DNA of 50,398 nucleotides from Gammaproteobacteria bacterium. Lineage in GTDB: Bacteria > Pseudomonadota > Gammaproteobacteria > Eutrophobiales > Eutrophobiaceae. Of the stretch, positions 1 to 11,076 are shown piece by piece. Within the stretch, counting starts at the first letter, position 1; every line of letters starts with the position of its first letter. The DNA is taken from contig JBLHKO010000005.1 in the NCBI GenBank assembly GCA_047620145.1, positions 1 to 50,398 of the forward strand, read 5' to 3'. Made by a program: the position numbers and the translations under genes. The notes below the pieces were generated by a model. That model did no database searches. It was not told the DNA's origin and saw only the letters and a list, made by a program, of their open reading frames with translations.

Positions 1-111
1 ACACTTCTGATAGTGAATGAAAGGCTCTAATATAATGGCAACGTTCATTAATATTTATGCTTCTTTTGAACTCATCTCAATTTAAGCGTTAGGAGCCAAA
101 ATTAGAAGATA

Positions 112-1134
112 ATGCCAACCAAAAATCCTCATTCTGCTTCCAAGGTTAAGAATCATTATTCCTTTAAGAAAATCATGACCGGGTCTGACTTGTCGCGCAG
201 ACGTCTCCCTCTGATGTGCGCTACTAGTGAAAATCCCGGGCCTGTTGTTTGGTTGACGGCCTGTAGTCATGGTGATGAAGTCAGCGGTATAGTGGTTATC
301 CAGGAGGTATTCAAAAGTATTCGCAATAGGCTTACTTGTGGATCCGTTCAGGCATTTCCACTGATGAATCCACTGGGTTTCGAATCGGGGTTACGACACA
401 TTACCATGAGTGGTGAGGATCTAAACCGTTCTTTCCCCGGTAATCCAAATGGCTCTCTCGGAGAGAGAATTGCTCACACCATTTTTGAAGCGATAACCGA
501 AACTAAGCCAACGCTTGTTGTAGACTTCCACAACGACTGGATCGAGTCTATTCCTTACGTGCTGTTGGACCATGATCCGGGTAAACCACACAAAGGAACT
601 TATCGGAAAGCTATACAAGCAGCTAAACACGCCGGGCTGTGCCTAATCGTTGATGATGAGGAGATGAATTCAAGCCTTTCCTTCAACCTGCTTCAGCAGG
701 ATATTCCCGCCTTAACATTTGAGCTAGGTAAACCCAATATCGTCAGTGAACTCAATGTAACTTACGGCGTTGAAGCCATATGGAACATACTTGCGCATCT
801 TGGGATGATCGATCTTCGTGATACCTCATACCGCTATCCACTACCTTCAGGATACGGTCAAGGAAATCTTCTAAAATATCTTGATAAACCTTATGGTTCC
901 AGATCCGGGATCATCAGGTTTCTGGCAAAGCCGGGCAATATCGTTAAGGCAGGGCAGCCTCTGGCTAAAATCGTTAACGCCTTTGGCAGACCTCAGGAGA
1001 CTATGACTGCAATCAAGGATGGTATAGTCCTTGGCCATTCCGATTCATCAGTGGCGTTTCCGGGTGTCCCTATCATGGCATTCGGTATTCCAGATGACGC
1101 TGATATTGAAACGAAAAATACCAAACAAAAATAA
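112..1134 (+). CDS. Succinylglutamate desuccinylase/aspartoacylase (M14-like) family hydrolase
   Basis: HGDE zinc motif, NPLG...DLNRSFPG, DFH and FELG, plus a C-terminal biotinyl-lipoyl-like segment. Confidence 0.85.
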   Translation: MPTKNPHSASKVKNHYSFKKIMTGSDLSRRRLPLMCATSENPGPVVWLTACSHGDEVSGIVVIQEVFKSIRNRLTCGSVQAFPLMNPLGFESGLRHITMSGEDLNRSFPGNPNGSLGERIAHTIFEAITETKPTLVVDFHNDWIESIPYVLLDHDPGKPHKGTYRKAIQAAKHAGLCLIVDDEEMNSSLSFNLLQQDIPALTFELGKPNIVSELNVTYGVEAIWNILAHLGMIDLRDTSYRYPLPSGYGQGNLLKYLDKPYGSRSGIIRFLAKPGNIVKAGQPLAKIVNAFGRPQETMTAIKDGIVLGHSDSSVAFPGVPIMAFGIPDDADIETKNTKQK

Positions 1135-1193
1135 CAACACCATCGCCTCCTTTATAATCGTCGTAGATAAATTCAACTAATTCAGAATAAACA

Positions 1194-1385
1194 ATGAACC
1201 AGCTCTCAAGTGAACATATTTCTTGTCCTTATTGTGGTGAGACCATCGAGTTGCTGATTGATTGTAGTGTTTCGGATCAGGAGTATATTGAGGATTGTGA
1301 GGTGTGTTGTAGGCCGATCAATTTATCTGTGTCTGTTGAACAAAATGGACAAACTGTTGTCAATCCTAGACATGAGAATGAATAA
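1194..1385 (+). CDS. CPXCG-motif cysteine-rich small protein
   Basis: CPYCGE...YIEDCEVCCRPI pattern, 63 aa. Confidence 0.85.
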   Translation: MNQLSSEHISCPYCGETIELLIDCSVSDQEYIEDCEVCCRPINLSVSVEQNGQTVVNPRHENE

Positions 1386-1414
1386 TTGATTTTCTTTTTA
1401 CACATCCCATAAAC

Positions 1415-1903
1415 ATGCAACATAAGCTACTCCTTTTTCTCATACTATCCTTGTTGAGTTACCAAAGCCATGCGCTAGACTGGGATCAGGTTAACAGTAA
1501 GATACAGAGAAAATTTCCTTCTGTAGAACATATTTCTATAGAACAATTTAATACTAAAGATCCCGCAAAGATATTACTCATCGACGTTAGGGAATACGAA
1601 GAATACGCTGTGAGTCATATTCCAGGCGCACAAAATGTAACCGATCCGAAAGCTATTGCTGCTCTGGCATTACAAGAACAGAAGGATATTGTTGTCTATT
1701 GTTCAGTCGGCTATCGATCAGCGAAAATGGCTCAAGAGCTGGAAAAACTAGGTGTTAACAATGTAGTCAATCTTAAAGGCTCTATATTTGCGTGGGCCGA
1801 TGCGGGGCTCCCTCTCGTCAATCAGGCCGGAACTACCCGTGCTGTACATTCTTTCGATAAACATTGGGGCCAGTTATTAAATGAAACAGTACCCAGTAGA
1901 TAA
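1415..1903 (+). CDS. Exported rhodanese-like domain protein
   Basis: N-terminal signal peptide, IDVRE..EY..SHIPGA, active-site YCSVGYRS, NLKGSIFAW. Confidence 0.85.
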   Translation: MQHKLLLFLILSLLSYQSHALDWDQVNSKIQRKFPSVEHISIEQFNTKDPAKILLIDVREYEEYAVSHIPGAQNVTDPKAIAALALQEQKDIVVYCSVGYRSAKMAQELEKLGVNNVVNLKGSIFAWADAGLPLVNQAGTTRAVHSFDKHWGQLLNETVPSR

Positions 1904-1957
1904 ATATTCCGGTATGGTGAATTTAAATTCAAATATGGCCTTCGCAGAGTAACTAAT

Positions 1958-3118
1958 ATGACCTTCATTGAAACATTTATAAAGCGAGAGTCATCGGCAG
2001 GGCTGTTACTGATTATTGCCACTATTGCTGCACTGATTTTACAGAATAGTGGACTATCCCAGACATATACTAGTTTTTTATATACTCATGTAGAAGTTCG
2101 AATTGGTGATCTACAAATTGCCAAACCATTATTACTTTGGGTTAACGATGGACTGATGGCTGTCTTTTTCTTTCTTATCGGGCTGGAAGTTAAAAGAGAG
2201 GTGATGGAAGGTCATCTTTCCACAATTAATCAAGCAGCATTGCCCTGTATTGCAGCCGTTGGCGGAATGGTCATCCCTGCCCTAGTGTTCGTTGCATTTA
2301 ATCACGGTGATCCATTCGCAATGAAAGGATGGGCCATACCAACGGCGACAGATATCGCTTTTGCTTTAGGCGTTTTATCCCTACTGGGCAACAGAGTTCC
2401 TCTTTCTCTAAAAATATTTTTATTGGCGTTAGCAATCATCGATGATCTGGGCGCTATTGTTATCATTGCATTGTTTTACACCGTTGAACTATCAACACTA
2501 TCTATTATCATCGCTTCAATTGCACTAACTGCTTTGTTCATTATGAATAGAATGGGTGTTGCAAAAAAAGCTTCTTATATTCTAGTTGGTACCGTGCTTT
2601 GGGTAAGCGTATTGAAATCTGGTGTTCATGCAACCCTGGCAGGCGTTGCCTTGGCATTTATGATTCCTTTAGTCTCTACTGATCAAGACGGTAAAGTTTT
2701 CTCTTTGAGTAAAGAAATGGAGCACGACCTGCACTATTGGGTAGCGTTTATGATTCTGCCACTTTTTGCTTTTGCTAACGCAGGGGTTGATTTAAGAGAC
2801 ATTTCATTGGAGGAAATGTTAGGTCCTGTGCCAATGGGAATTATGCTTGGTCTATTTATCGGTAAACAGCTTGGGGTCTTTGGTTTTTGTTGGCTTGCAA
2901 TAAAAACGGGTTTGGTCAGCTTGCCGAAAGATAGCAACTGGATGCAACTCTATGGGGTGTCTATCCTTACAGGAATCGGCTTTACCATGAGTCTATTCGT
3001 TGATTCTCTGGCTTATAATGATACGCTGATATATCACTCAGCAGATAAACTGGCTATTCTCATTGCTTCATTTCTTTCTGGAATTATTGGTTATCTCATC
3101 CTGAAAAAATCAAATTAA
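1958..3118 (+). CDS. nhaA: Na+/H+ antiporter NhaA
   Basis: WVNDGLMA, GWAIPTATDIAF, LAIIDDLGAI, GIGFTMS motifs. Confidence 0.96.
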   Translation: MTFIETFIKRESSAGLLLIIATIAALILQNSGLSQTYTSFLYTHVEVRIGDLQIAKPLLLWVNDGLMAVFFFLIGLEVKREVMEGHLSTINQAALPCIAAVGGMVIPALVFVAFNHGDPFAMKGWAIPTATDIAFALGVLSLLGNRVPLSLKIFLLALAIIDDLGAIVIIALFYTVELSTLSIIIASIALTALFIMNRMGVAKKASYILVGTVLWVSVLKSGVHATLAGVALAFMIPLVSTDQDGKVFSLSKEMEHDLHYWVAFMILPLFAFANAGVDLRDISLEEMLGPVPMGIMLGLFIGKQLGVFGFCWLAIKTGLVSLPKDSNWMQLYGVSILTGIGFTMSLFVDSLAYNDTLIYHSADKLAILIASFLSGIIGYLILKKSN

Positions 3119-3122
3119 TGAA

Positions 3123-3455
3123 TTATTTTAACTGACGTTTTTTCCATCGCTGATAGTGGTTTAGAAAATCATGCCGATAAATAAAACCAGGTAAGGCAAA
3201 TACTATAAACAAACAAAACCCTGTGGCATAAAATTCCCAATCCTGAATATGCAATTGCCCTGTCATTTTTTTTTCAAACCCAAGTGCGATTAATCCAACT
3301 ATAAAATACAGCAGCAACCATTCCAGTAAGCGCATTCCTGGTGTTTTTTTTGTTTTTGGTTGTATGACGAATAGAAAGCGTTCATTTAACCAGGGTAGGT
3401 TTGCAGCAACAAAAGAAATGAATAGTAAAAACCAGACCGCAGCGCTTGTACTCAT
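3123..3455 (-). CDS. DUF2818-like membrane protein downstream of nuoN
   Basis: AANLPW.NER and WEFYA...FALPGFIYR. Start placed at ATG 3455, which overlaps the nuoN TGA. Confidence 0.8.
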   Translation of the reverse strand: MSTSAAVWFLLFISFVAANLPWLNERFLFVIQPKTKKTPGMRLLEWLLLYFIVGLIALGFEKKMTGQLHIQDWEFYATGFCLFIVFALPGFIYRHDFLNHYQRWKKRQLK

Positions 3456-4891
3456 CAAGTAATCGACATGACACTGACACAAATTGCCAGCAATGCGCCA
3501 GGCATTAATCCTAGGATAAGTAACGCCAGCCCATTAACACTCAGTGCAAAACGCATTTGCTTTGATGCTTTAATTGCAGTCATTGAATCGGCTTTATCGA
3601 AATACATAAGTTTTATCACCCTTAGATAATAATAGGCGCCAATGATTGAGAAGAAGACTGCTGCTGCTGCTAACCAGACAAAACCTGCATCTACCAACTC
3701 TTTGAGGACGAACCATTTACCCCAGAATCCCAGAAAGGGTGGTACGCCGGCCATGGAAAACATCAGGATCAACATAATGAAGGCAAACCATGGACTTCTA
3801 TCCGATAGTCCTTTGAAATGATCAAGTTCGTCGGCTTCAAATCCCTTTCTACCCAGCAAGATAATCATCGCAAAAGCCCCCATACTCATCAGGGCATAGG
3901 TAATGATATAGAACATAGAACCTGCATAACCGGACGCTGTGCCAGACAAGATGCCTAATAATAGATAACCGATATGCGCGATGGTCGAGTAGGCCAACAT
4001 ACGTTTGATGTTGGTTTGTGATATAGCAATTATATTACCTGCCGCCATTGACAGCAGTGACAGAATAATCAGCATCCCCTGCCAATCACTGACTAAAGCA
4101 TGTAGACCATCAACCAGAAGTCTCATTGCCATGGCAAAGGCTGCCAGCTTTGGCGCACTGGCAATGAATAATGTAACGCAGGTGGGTGCACCTTGATAAA
4201 CATCTGGCACCCACATATGAAATGGTACGGCACCGAGTTTGAAAGCAATACCAACCAGGATAAAAACCAGGCCAAAGACCAGTAATGTATTATTGGTATC
4301 ACTGCCGATACTTGCTGCAATGCTCCCCAGTTCCAGATTTCCTGTGACACCGTAAACCATCGACATACCGTATAACAACATGCCTGATGCGATAGCGCCC
4401 AGAACGAAATATTTCATCGCTGCTTCTGATGCTGCAGTTGATTTTCTATGCATCGCGACCATGGCATAGAGTGATAACGACAATAATTCCAGTCCAAGAT
4501 AAATAGTTAATAAACTATGTGCTGAGATTAGAACCATCATGCCGAGGATGGCAAACAGTCCCAGCACAAAATATTCCCCTTGCATCCAGCCGTGTTCTTT
4601 CAGATATTCATGTGCATAAAGAAACGCAAAGAAACCGATCACAAATACAAAGGCTTTTAGAACAACACTCATGCCATCGCTGATAAAACTATTGCCAAAA
4701 GCATAGGTCGTTTGTTCTGGGCAATACATCACCACACATGCAGCGGTTAGAACGAGTGCAAGCTGGGATAGATAATAAGTGAGTCTACGGTGTGGATCAT
4801 TGCTGAACGTGTCAACAACCAAAATGAGACTGGCAAAAGTCAGCATCATAATTTCAGGTATCAATAGCAGGATGTCAGATGTTGATACCAT
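3455..4891 (-). CDS. nuoN: NADH-quinone oxidoreductase subunit N
   Basis: EAAMKYF, FKLGAVPFHMWVPDVYQGAP, KRMLAYS; operon order. Confidence 0.97.
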   Translation of the reverse strand: MVSTSDILLLIPEIMMLTFASLILVVDTFSNDPHRRLTYYLSQLALVLTAACVVMYCPEQTTYAFGNSFISDGMSVVLKAFVFVIGFFAFLYAHEYLKEHGWMQGEYFVLGLFAILGMMVLISAHSLLTIYLGLELLSLSLYAMVAMHRKSTAASEAAMKYFVLGAIASGMLLYGMSMVYGVTGNLELGSIAASIGSDTNNTLLVFGLVFILVGIAFKLGAVPFHMWVPDVYQGAPTCVTLFIASAPKLAAFAMAMRLLVDGLHALVSDWQGMLIILSLLSMAAGNIIAISQTNIKRMLAYSTIAHIGYLLLGILSGTASGYAGSMFYIITYALMSMGAFAMIILLGRKGFEADELDHFKGLSDRSPWFAFIMLILMFSMAGVPPFLGFWGKWFVLKELVDAGFVWLAAAAVFFSIIGAYYYLRVIKLMYFDKADSMTAIKASKQMRFALSVNGLALLILGLMPGALLAICVSVMSIT

Positions 4892-4893
4892 AT

Positions 4894-6414
4894 TTAAGGT
4901 TCTACCTTCGATTGCATCATGTGCTCAAATAAATGTTCCAACGTTGGATGCATTGCGTCAAACAAGGGTGCTGGATAAAGTCCAAACACCAATACTGCAA
5001 TAGCAAGTATCGACAGGATAAATGTCTCACGTGAATCGATATCTTTTAGTTCTGCTACATTATCATTAGTGACATCACCGAAAATGACTCTTTTATACAT
5101 CCATAATGTATATGCTGCGCCAAGTATTAATGTTAATGCCGCTAAAAATGCGATCCAGAAATTAGCTTGGTACGCACTCAGGATGACAACGAATTCACCG
5201 ACAAACCCTGATGTTCCAGGCAAGCCTGAATTGGCCATCGCGAACAACATCATAAAGGCGGCAAAATGCGGCATGGTATTAACCACGCCACCGTAGTCAC
5301 TAATTTCGCGACTATGAACCCTGTCATACATGACCCCAACACAAAGGAATAAGGCAGCAGAAATAAAGCCATGGGAGATCATTTGGACCATAGCACCTTC
5401 TAGTCCAAACACCGCGCCTTCTGCGGAACCCGTTGTCTTAATAATAGTAAAACCAACGAAGAAGCCCAAGGTGACAAATCCCATATGTGATATTGACGAA
5501 TATGCAATCAGCTTTTTCATATCCTGCTGCACCAAGGCAACAAAACCAATATATACAATGGCAATCAATGACAAGACAATCATCGCGCAGTCAAAATACG
5601 CACTGGCATCCGGGGTAATCGGCAAACTGAATCGAAGAAAACCGTAACCGCCAAGTTTCAACATGATCGCGGCCAATATCACTGAACCACCTGTCGGTGC
5701 TTCAACGTGGGCATCTGGCAACCATGTATGCACAGGCCACATTGGAATTTTCACGGCAAAGGCCAGGAAGAAAGCGATAAAGATTAATTTCTGTGCATCC
5801 AAATCCAATGGCAGATTGTGCAACTCCAGGATGTTAAAACTACCTGACTGAGAATACAGATATAGAAAAGCCACCAACATGAAAACTGAACCAAAGAAGG
5901 TGTATAGGAAGAATTTAATCGTCGCATAAACGCGGTTCGGCCCGCCCCATATGCCAATAATCAAAAACATTGGAATCAACATTGCTTCCCAATACACATA
6001 AAACAGCATGGCATCCACAGAAGAAAAGACGCCATTCATCAAACCTTCCATAATTAAAAAGGCCGCAAGGTATTGGGAAATATTTTTGTCTATGACTTCC
6101 CATCCCGCCAGAATGACTAACACCGTTATAAAAGTGGTGAGTATGATCAATGGCATGGCAATGCCATCAACGCCAAGATGATAATTGATGTTAAAAGATT
6201 CAATCCAATATGCGAACTCAACAAACTGCATTTCATGCGTATTGATATCAAAATTTGTGTATAACAAGGTAGATAACAAAAATGTCAATACAGCAATCAT
6301 CAAGGCTACCGTCTTGACAGTCTCTTCTTGTCTGTCGCCTGCATACAGTACGAGAACACCACCGAGGATCGGGCCCCAGATCAATAAACTCAATATTGGT
6401 AGATCAGCTAACAT
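4894..6414 (-). CDS. nuoM: NADH-quinone oxidoreductase subunit M
   Basis: AVKIPMWPVHTWLPDAHVEAPT, KKLIAYSSISHMG. Confidence 0.97.
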   Translation of the reverse strand: MLADLPILSLLIWGPILGGVLVLYAGDRQEETVKTVALMIAVLTFLLSTLLYTNFDINTHEMQFVEFAYWIESFNINYHLGVDGIAMPLIILTTFITVLVILAGWEVIDKNISQYLAAFLIMEGLMNGVFSSVDAMLFYVYWEAMLIPMFLIIGIWGGPNRVYATIKFFLYTFFGSVFMLVAFLYLYSQSGSFNILELHNLPLDLDAQKLIFIAFFLAFAVKIPMWPVHTWLPDAHVEAPTGGSVILAAIMLKLGGYGFLRFSLPITPDASAYFDCAMIVLSLIAIVYIGFVALVQQDMKKLIAYSSISHMGFVTLGFFVGFTIIKTTGSAEGAVFGLEGAMVQMISHGFISAALFLCVGVMYDRVHSREISDYGGVVNTMPHFAAFMMLFAMANSGLPGTSGFVGEFVVILSAYQANFWIAFLAALTLILGAAYTLWMYKRVIFGDVTNDNVAELKDIDSRETFILSILAIAVLVFGLYPAPLFDAMHPTLEHLFEHMMQSKVEP

Positions 6415-6442
6415 TCTTTGTTTTTATATTTATTTATTATGA

Positions 6443-8452
6443 TTAAATTAATTTATGCACAAACACGCCAAGCAACAATAACAAGCCCACAATCATGGCA
6501 AACGCATAATGATATAAATAACCAGACTGCACTTGTCTAATGATGCCTGAAAACTTTCTGACCGAGAGCGCCGAACCATTGACGATAAGACCATCAATGA
6601 GTCTGACATCACCCATCTGCCAAAACAGTTTCCCAATTGCTTTGCTTCCGCCGGCAAAAACTTTTTGGTTAAAATCATCAAAGCCATATTTATTCAGTAG
6701 TAATCGATGAATCGGGCTCATAGTATTAGCAATCTTCTCGGGCACATGTGGAAATTTGATATACAACAACCACGCTGTGAACACACCAGAAAGCGCGAGG
6801 ATAATGACCGTGGGATGACTAACGCCATGGACAAAGAATTGCCATGCTATTTCATACCACTCACCATGATAATGATGTCCTATTTCAAGTAACACGTTAT
6901 GGTTCTCAGCAACTTGAATTGCACCAGCAAAGTAATCTCCAAACAACATTGGCCCAACTAGCCACGCACCCAATATCAGCGACGGAATTGCCAACACTAT
7001 CAGCGGCACAGTTACAACACTCGAACATTCATGCAAATGTTCCAAAGTATGTTTATCCATTCTTTCCTTTCCATGAAAAGTCATGAAAAACAAACGGAAG
7101 CTATACAGAGCGGTAATAAATACGCCTGATAAAACAGCATAATAGGCATATCCCGCTGCAGGTAATGTCGATAGATGCACTGCCTCGATAATGGCATCCT
7201 TGGAAAAGAAACCAGAGGTCCCAGGGAAACCGATCAACGCGATCGATCCCACCAGACAGGTAATCCATGTAATCGGTAGATATTTATAAAGGCCACCCAT
7301 CTTGCGCATATCTTGCTCATGATGCATGGCGATAATTACCGCGCCCGCCGCAAGAAATAATAAAGCCTTAAAGAAAGCATGGGTGACTAGATGAAACATC
7401 GCCGCAGCGTAAGCAGAAGCACCAAGTGCGACAGTCATATAACCTAATTGCGACAATGTTGAATAGGCAATCACACGTTTAATATCGTTTTGTACCAGAC
7501 CCAACAGTCCCATAAAAAATGCGGTAGTGGCGCCGATTATCAAGATGAAATTCAACGCCGTTTCAGATAACTCATAAAGCGGCGACATACGCGACACCAT
7601 AAAGATACCTGCGGTGACCATGGTCGCAGCATGGATCAACGCTGAGATCGGCGTGGGGCCTTCCATAGAATCGGGTAACCAGACATGTAAAGGAACTTGA
7701 GCAGATTTGCCCATAGCACCAATAAACAAGCAGATGCAAATTACCGACATTAGAGACCAGGATTCATCACCCCAGATATTAACGGTCGCAGAGGCCAGAC
7801 CCGGTGCTTGATCAAACACTTCAATATAATCCATTGATTGAAAATGCATGAGTACGGCAGCAATACCTAGAAGAAATCCAAAATCACCAATACGATTTAC
7901 GAGGAATGCCTTCATGTTTGCGAAGATTGCACTTTCACGTGTGTACCAGAAGCCAATCAATAAATATGAAACCAGTCCGACAGCTTCCCAACCAAAGAAT
8001 AACTGCATGAAATTATTCGACATCACCAGCATCAACATGGAAAAGGTAAATAATGAGATATAACTAAAAAAGCGTTGATAGCCCGGATCGTCATGCATAT
8101 AGCCGATGGTATAAATATGAATCATCCACGATACAAAGGTAACCACCACCATCATGGTGACGGATAATTTATCGACTAGAAAACCAATTTCGAAATGTAG
8201 ATTGCCACTATTTAACCATGTATAGATAGTCTCGTTATAGACTTCTCCGCCGTTATAAAAAAGATGGTAGTAGGCCAGTAAAGAGAGAATGGATGAGATT
8301 CCAACACCGATTATGGTTACCCAATGTGCGCCGCTGCGACCGATCAATTTTCCAAACAGTCCTGCGATGACTGAACCAACCAGAGGTGCTAAGACAATAG
8401 CGAGATAGATATTTTCCCCGTTGTCTATAAATATTTGGTCAAATAAATTCAT
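6443..8452 (-). CDS. nuoL: NADH-quinone oxidoreductase subunit L
   Basis: GKSAQVPLHVWLPDSMEGPTPISALIHAATMV, THAFFKALLFL. Confidence 0.97.
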   Translation of the reverse strand: MNLFDQIFIDNGENIYLAIVLAPLVGSVIAGLFGKLIGRSGAHWVTIIGVGISSILSLLAYYHLFYNGGEVYNETIYTWLNSGNLHFEIGFLVDKLSVTMMVVVTFVSWMIHIYTIGYMHDDPGYQRFFSYISLFTFSMLMLVMSNNFMQLFFGWEAVGLVSYLLIGFWYTRESAIFANMKAFLVNRIGDFGFLLGIAAVLMHFQSMDYIEVFDQAPGLASATVNIWGDESWSLMSVICICLFIGAMGKSAQVPLHVWLPDSMEGPTPISALIHAATMVTAGIFMVSRMSPLYELSETALNFILIIGATTAFFMGLLGLVQNDIKRVIAYSTLSQLGYMTVALGASAYAAAMFHLVTHAFFKALLFLAAGAVIIAMHHEQDMRKMGGLYKYLPITWITCLVGSIALIGFPGTSGFFSKDAIIEAVHLSTLPAAGYAYYAVLSGVFITALYSFRLFFMTFHGKERMDKHTLEHLHECSSVVTVPLIVLAIPSLILGAWLVGPMLFGDYFAGAIQVAENHNVLLEIGHHYHGEWYEIAWQFFVHGVSHPTVIILALSGVFTAWLLYIKFPHVPEKIANTMSPIHRLLLNKYGFDDFNQKVFAGGSKAIGKLFWQMGDVRLIDGLIVNGSALSVRKFSGIIRQVQSGYLYHYAFAMIVGLLLLLGVFVHKLI

Positions 8453-8457
8453 CGCAA

Positions 8458-8763
8458 CTAACCTTCCATGCTCTTTAAGTCATCTACATCAATGCTGTTC
8501 CTGTTACGAAACAGGACAACAAGAATGGCTAACCCTATCGCCGACTCGGCAGCAGCTACAGTTAATATGAAGAACACAAATACCTGACCATTGATATCAC
8601 CCAGGAAATGTGAGAAGGCAATAAAATTCATATTCACTGATAACAACATCAATTCGATGCACATCAATATGATTAGAATATTTTTCCGATTCAAAAATAT
8701 TCCAGCAACACTGATACAGAAAAGTAACGCGGCTAGAACCAGAACATTAGACAGAGTAATCAT
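8458..8763 (-). CDS. nuoK: NADH-quinone oxidoreductase subunit K
   Basis: [17 protein letters not shown], 101 aa. Confidence 0.96.
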   Translation of the reverse strand: MITLSNVLVLAALLFCISVAGIFLNRKNILIILMCIELMLLSVNMNFIAFSHFLGDINGQVFVFFILTVAAAESAIGLAILVVLFRNRNSIDVDDLKSMEG

Positions 8764-9458
8764 GATGATCCCTTTATTAAGGTTGGATCTTCTGAATCGT
8801 CATGTCCTTCTTCTGGCTCTTCTTCCGAGCCTTCTTCTACCAGAAATTCATCAGTATCATCACCGGCCTTTTCAACTTTCATTTTGACAATCCTTAATCT
8901 ATCGGTACTTTTAACAGTCACCTGATGACTCGGGTTTTGTGCTTTACTGGAACGCGGAGTACGCATTGTTAGTGATATCGCAGCAATAATAGCGACCAAC
9001 AAGATAGCTCCAGCAATTTCAAATGGATATAAATAAGAGGTATACAAGGTCTTACCCAATTCCTTGGTGTTACTGTAATCAGCACTATGACGTTGAACAA
9101 CATCGCTTGCCAAGCCGAACTCTCCAGCATTAATCACCAGCACCATGGATAAGGCCATCAATATAGCGACCGTGACCCCGATGGGTAAATATCGCGCAAA
9201 GCCTTCGCGCAAAGCTGATAAATCAATATCCAGCATCATAACTACAAACATAAACAAGACCATGACGGCACCGACATAGACCAGGACTAATGTGATCGCC
9301 AGAAACTCTGCTTCAAGTAGTATCCAGACTGCAGAACTTGCGAAAAACGCAAGGATTAAAAACAACGCCGCAAACACTGGATTACGTACGGTAATCATCA
9401 GCCCCGCTGACATCAGCAACAAAGCAGAGAAAATGTAAAAAATCGTTTGCTCAATCAT
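8760..9458 (-). CDS. nuoJ: NADH-quinone oxidoreductase subunit J (acidic C-terminal extension)
   Basis: [21 protein letters not shown]. Confidence 0.95.
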   Translation of the reverse strand: MIEQTIFYIFSALLLMSAGLMITVRNPVFAALFLILAFFASSAVWILLEAEFLAITLVLVYVGAVMVLFMFVVMMLDIDLSALREGFARYLPIGVTVAILMALSMVLVINAGEFGLASDVVQRHSADYSNTKELGKTLYTSYLYPFEIAGAILLVAIIAAISLTMRTPRSSKAQNPSHQVTVKSTDRLRIVKMKVEKAGDDTDEFLVEEGSEEEPEEGHDDSEDPTLIKGSS

Positions 9459-9946
9459 CTGTAGGGCGCTTCCTCTGCACGATCTTTTGCAATCTGTTCT
9501 TCTTCTTGATCACCTATCTCTAGCAACATCTCTTTGGTCATTAATAAATCACTGCGTTGCTCACCGTGATATTCAAAGATACGCGTTTCGACAATAGCAT
9601 CCACCGGGCAGGCTTCCTCACAGAAGCCACAGTAAATACATTTCGACAAGTCAATATCATAGACTGTCGTACGACGACTATCATCTTCACGTAATTCAGA
9701 TTCAATGGTGATTGCAACTGCCGGACAGACTGCTTCACATAATTTACAGGCAATACAACGTTCCTCGCCATTGGGGTAACGGCGCAAGGCATGTAGTCCA
9801 CGAAACCGCTGTGACTGCGGTGTTTTTTCTTCCGGATATTGCACCGTTATTTTTTTCTTGAATAAATAACGCCCGGTCAACCTCAATCCTTTGATTAGCT
9901 CAAGGAGAAATAAACTCTTTATATATCGCGTTACATTTTTCATCAT
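9455..9946 (-). CDS. nuoI: NADH-quinone oxidoreductase subunit I
   Basis: Two 4Fe-4S motifs, [12 protein letters not shown] and [12 protein letters not shown]. Confidence 0.97.
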   Translation of the reverse strand: MMKNVTRYIKSLFLLELIKGLRLTGRYLFKKKITVQYPEEKTPQSQRFRGLHALRRYPNGEERCIACKLCEAVCPAVAITIESELREDDSRRTTVYDIDLSKCIYCGFCEEACPVDAIVETRIFEYHGEQRSDLLMTKEMLLEIGDQEEEQIAKDRAEEAPYR

Positions 9947-9952
9947 CTACAC

Positions 9953-11074
9953 CTAATCAAACCAGAACGGCATGTTTGTTACAACCATCACAGACACAAC
10001 GATTAACCAGACAATAGTAATCGGAATAAATACTTTCCAGCCCAGGCGCATGATCTGGTCATAACGGTAACGTGGGAAAGTCGCACGTAACCATAAAAAC
10101 ATAAACAGAAAGAATGAAGTTTTAATCAGTAACCAGTGAATACCCTCACCAAGTAAAGCACCAATAACGGGGACTTCAAAAATGGCTTCTGGCAATATCC
10201 CCTGCAATGGTGATAACCAACCTCCAAAAAACATGATGGCGGTTAGAATTGCAATAATAATCATGTTGGCATATTCAGCCATGAAGAAAACTGAGAAGGC
10301 CATGCCACCATATTCCACGTGAAAACCCGCAACGATTTCCGACTCACCTTCTGCAACATCAAAAGGTGCGCGGTTGGTCTCCGCAACCCCTGAAATAAAA
10401 TAAACGACCGCCAGAGGTAATAAAGGTAACCAGAACCAGTGAATAAAACTGCCGCTTTGTGCATCCACAATATCGCCGAGGTTGAGACTGCCAGCAGCCA
10501 CTAGCACACCGACCAGTGCAAAGCCCATGGCAATTTCATATGACACTATTTGTGCGACAGAACGCATGGCACCTAGAAAGGCATATTTTGAGTTAGATGC
10601 CCAACCGGCAATAATCACGCCATACACAGCAAGCGATGTCAGCGCCAATATATAGAGTAAACCAGCATTGATATCGGCCAACACTAAAGTATCGTCAAAC
10701 GGTATTACTGCCCAGGCAGCAAGAGATGGAGCCAATGACAAAATCGGCGCAATCACAAACAGAGTTTTATTCGAACCTGTTGGAATAATTATCTCTTTAA
10801 AGATTAATTTAAAAGCATCCGCAATCGGTTGTGCCAACCCCCATAGATGATAACCAAACACACCTACTCGGTTTGGACCTATTCGACCTTGAATATATCC
10901 AATCACCTTGCGTTCAAAATAAGTTAAATAAGCCACTGTAAATAGTACCGGCGCAATTATTACTGCAATCTTCAATACAGTTTCGATGGTTAATGCAGCA
11001 TGTGCATGTATCGACACCGGAAACAATTGTTCGACCAATGGCGCAATCAGATTGAGTCGGATCCATTCCATCAT
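9953..11074 (-). CDS. nuoH: NADH-quinone oxidoreductase subunit H
   Basis: [31 protein letters not shown]. Start moved to ATG 11074, just after the nuoG stop. Confidence 0.96.
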   Translation of the reverse strand: MMEWIRLNLIAPLVEQLFPVSIHAHAALTIETVLKIAVIIAPVLFTVAYLTYFERKVIGYIQGRIGPNRVGVFGYHLWGLAQPIADAFKLIFKEIIIPTGSNKTLFVIAPILSLAPSLAAWAVIPFDDTLVLADINAGLLYILALTSLAVYGVIIAGWASNSKYAFLGAMRSVAQIVSYEIAMGFALVGVLVAAGSLNLGDIVDAQSGSFIHWFWLPLLPLAVVYFISGVAETNRAPFDVAEGESEIVAGFHVEYGGMAFSVFFMAEYANMIIIAILTAIMFFGGWLSPLQGILPEAIFEVPVIGALLGEGIHWLLIKTSFFLFMFLWLRATFPRYRYDQIMRLGWKVFIPITIVWLIVVSVMVVTNMPFWFD

Positions 11075-11076
11075 GC

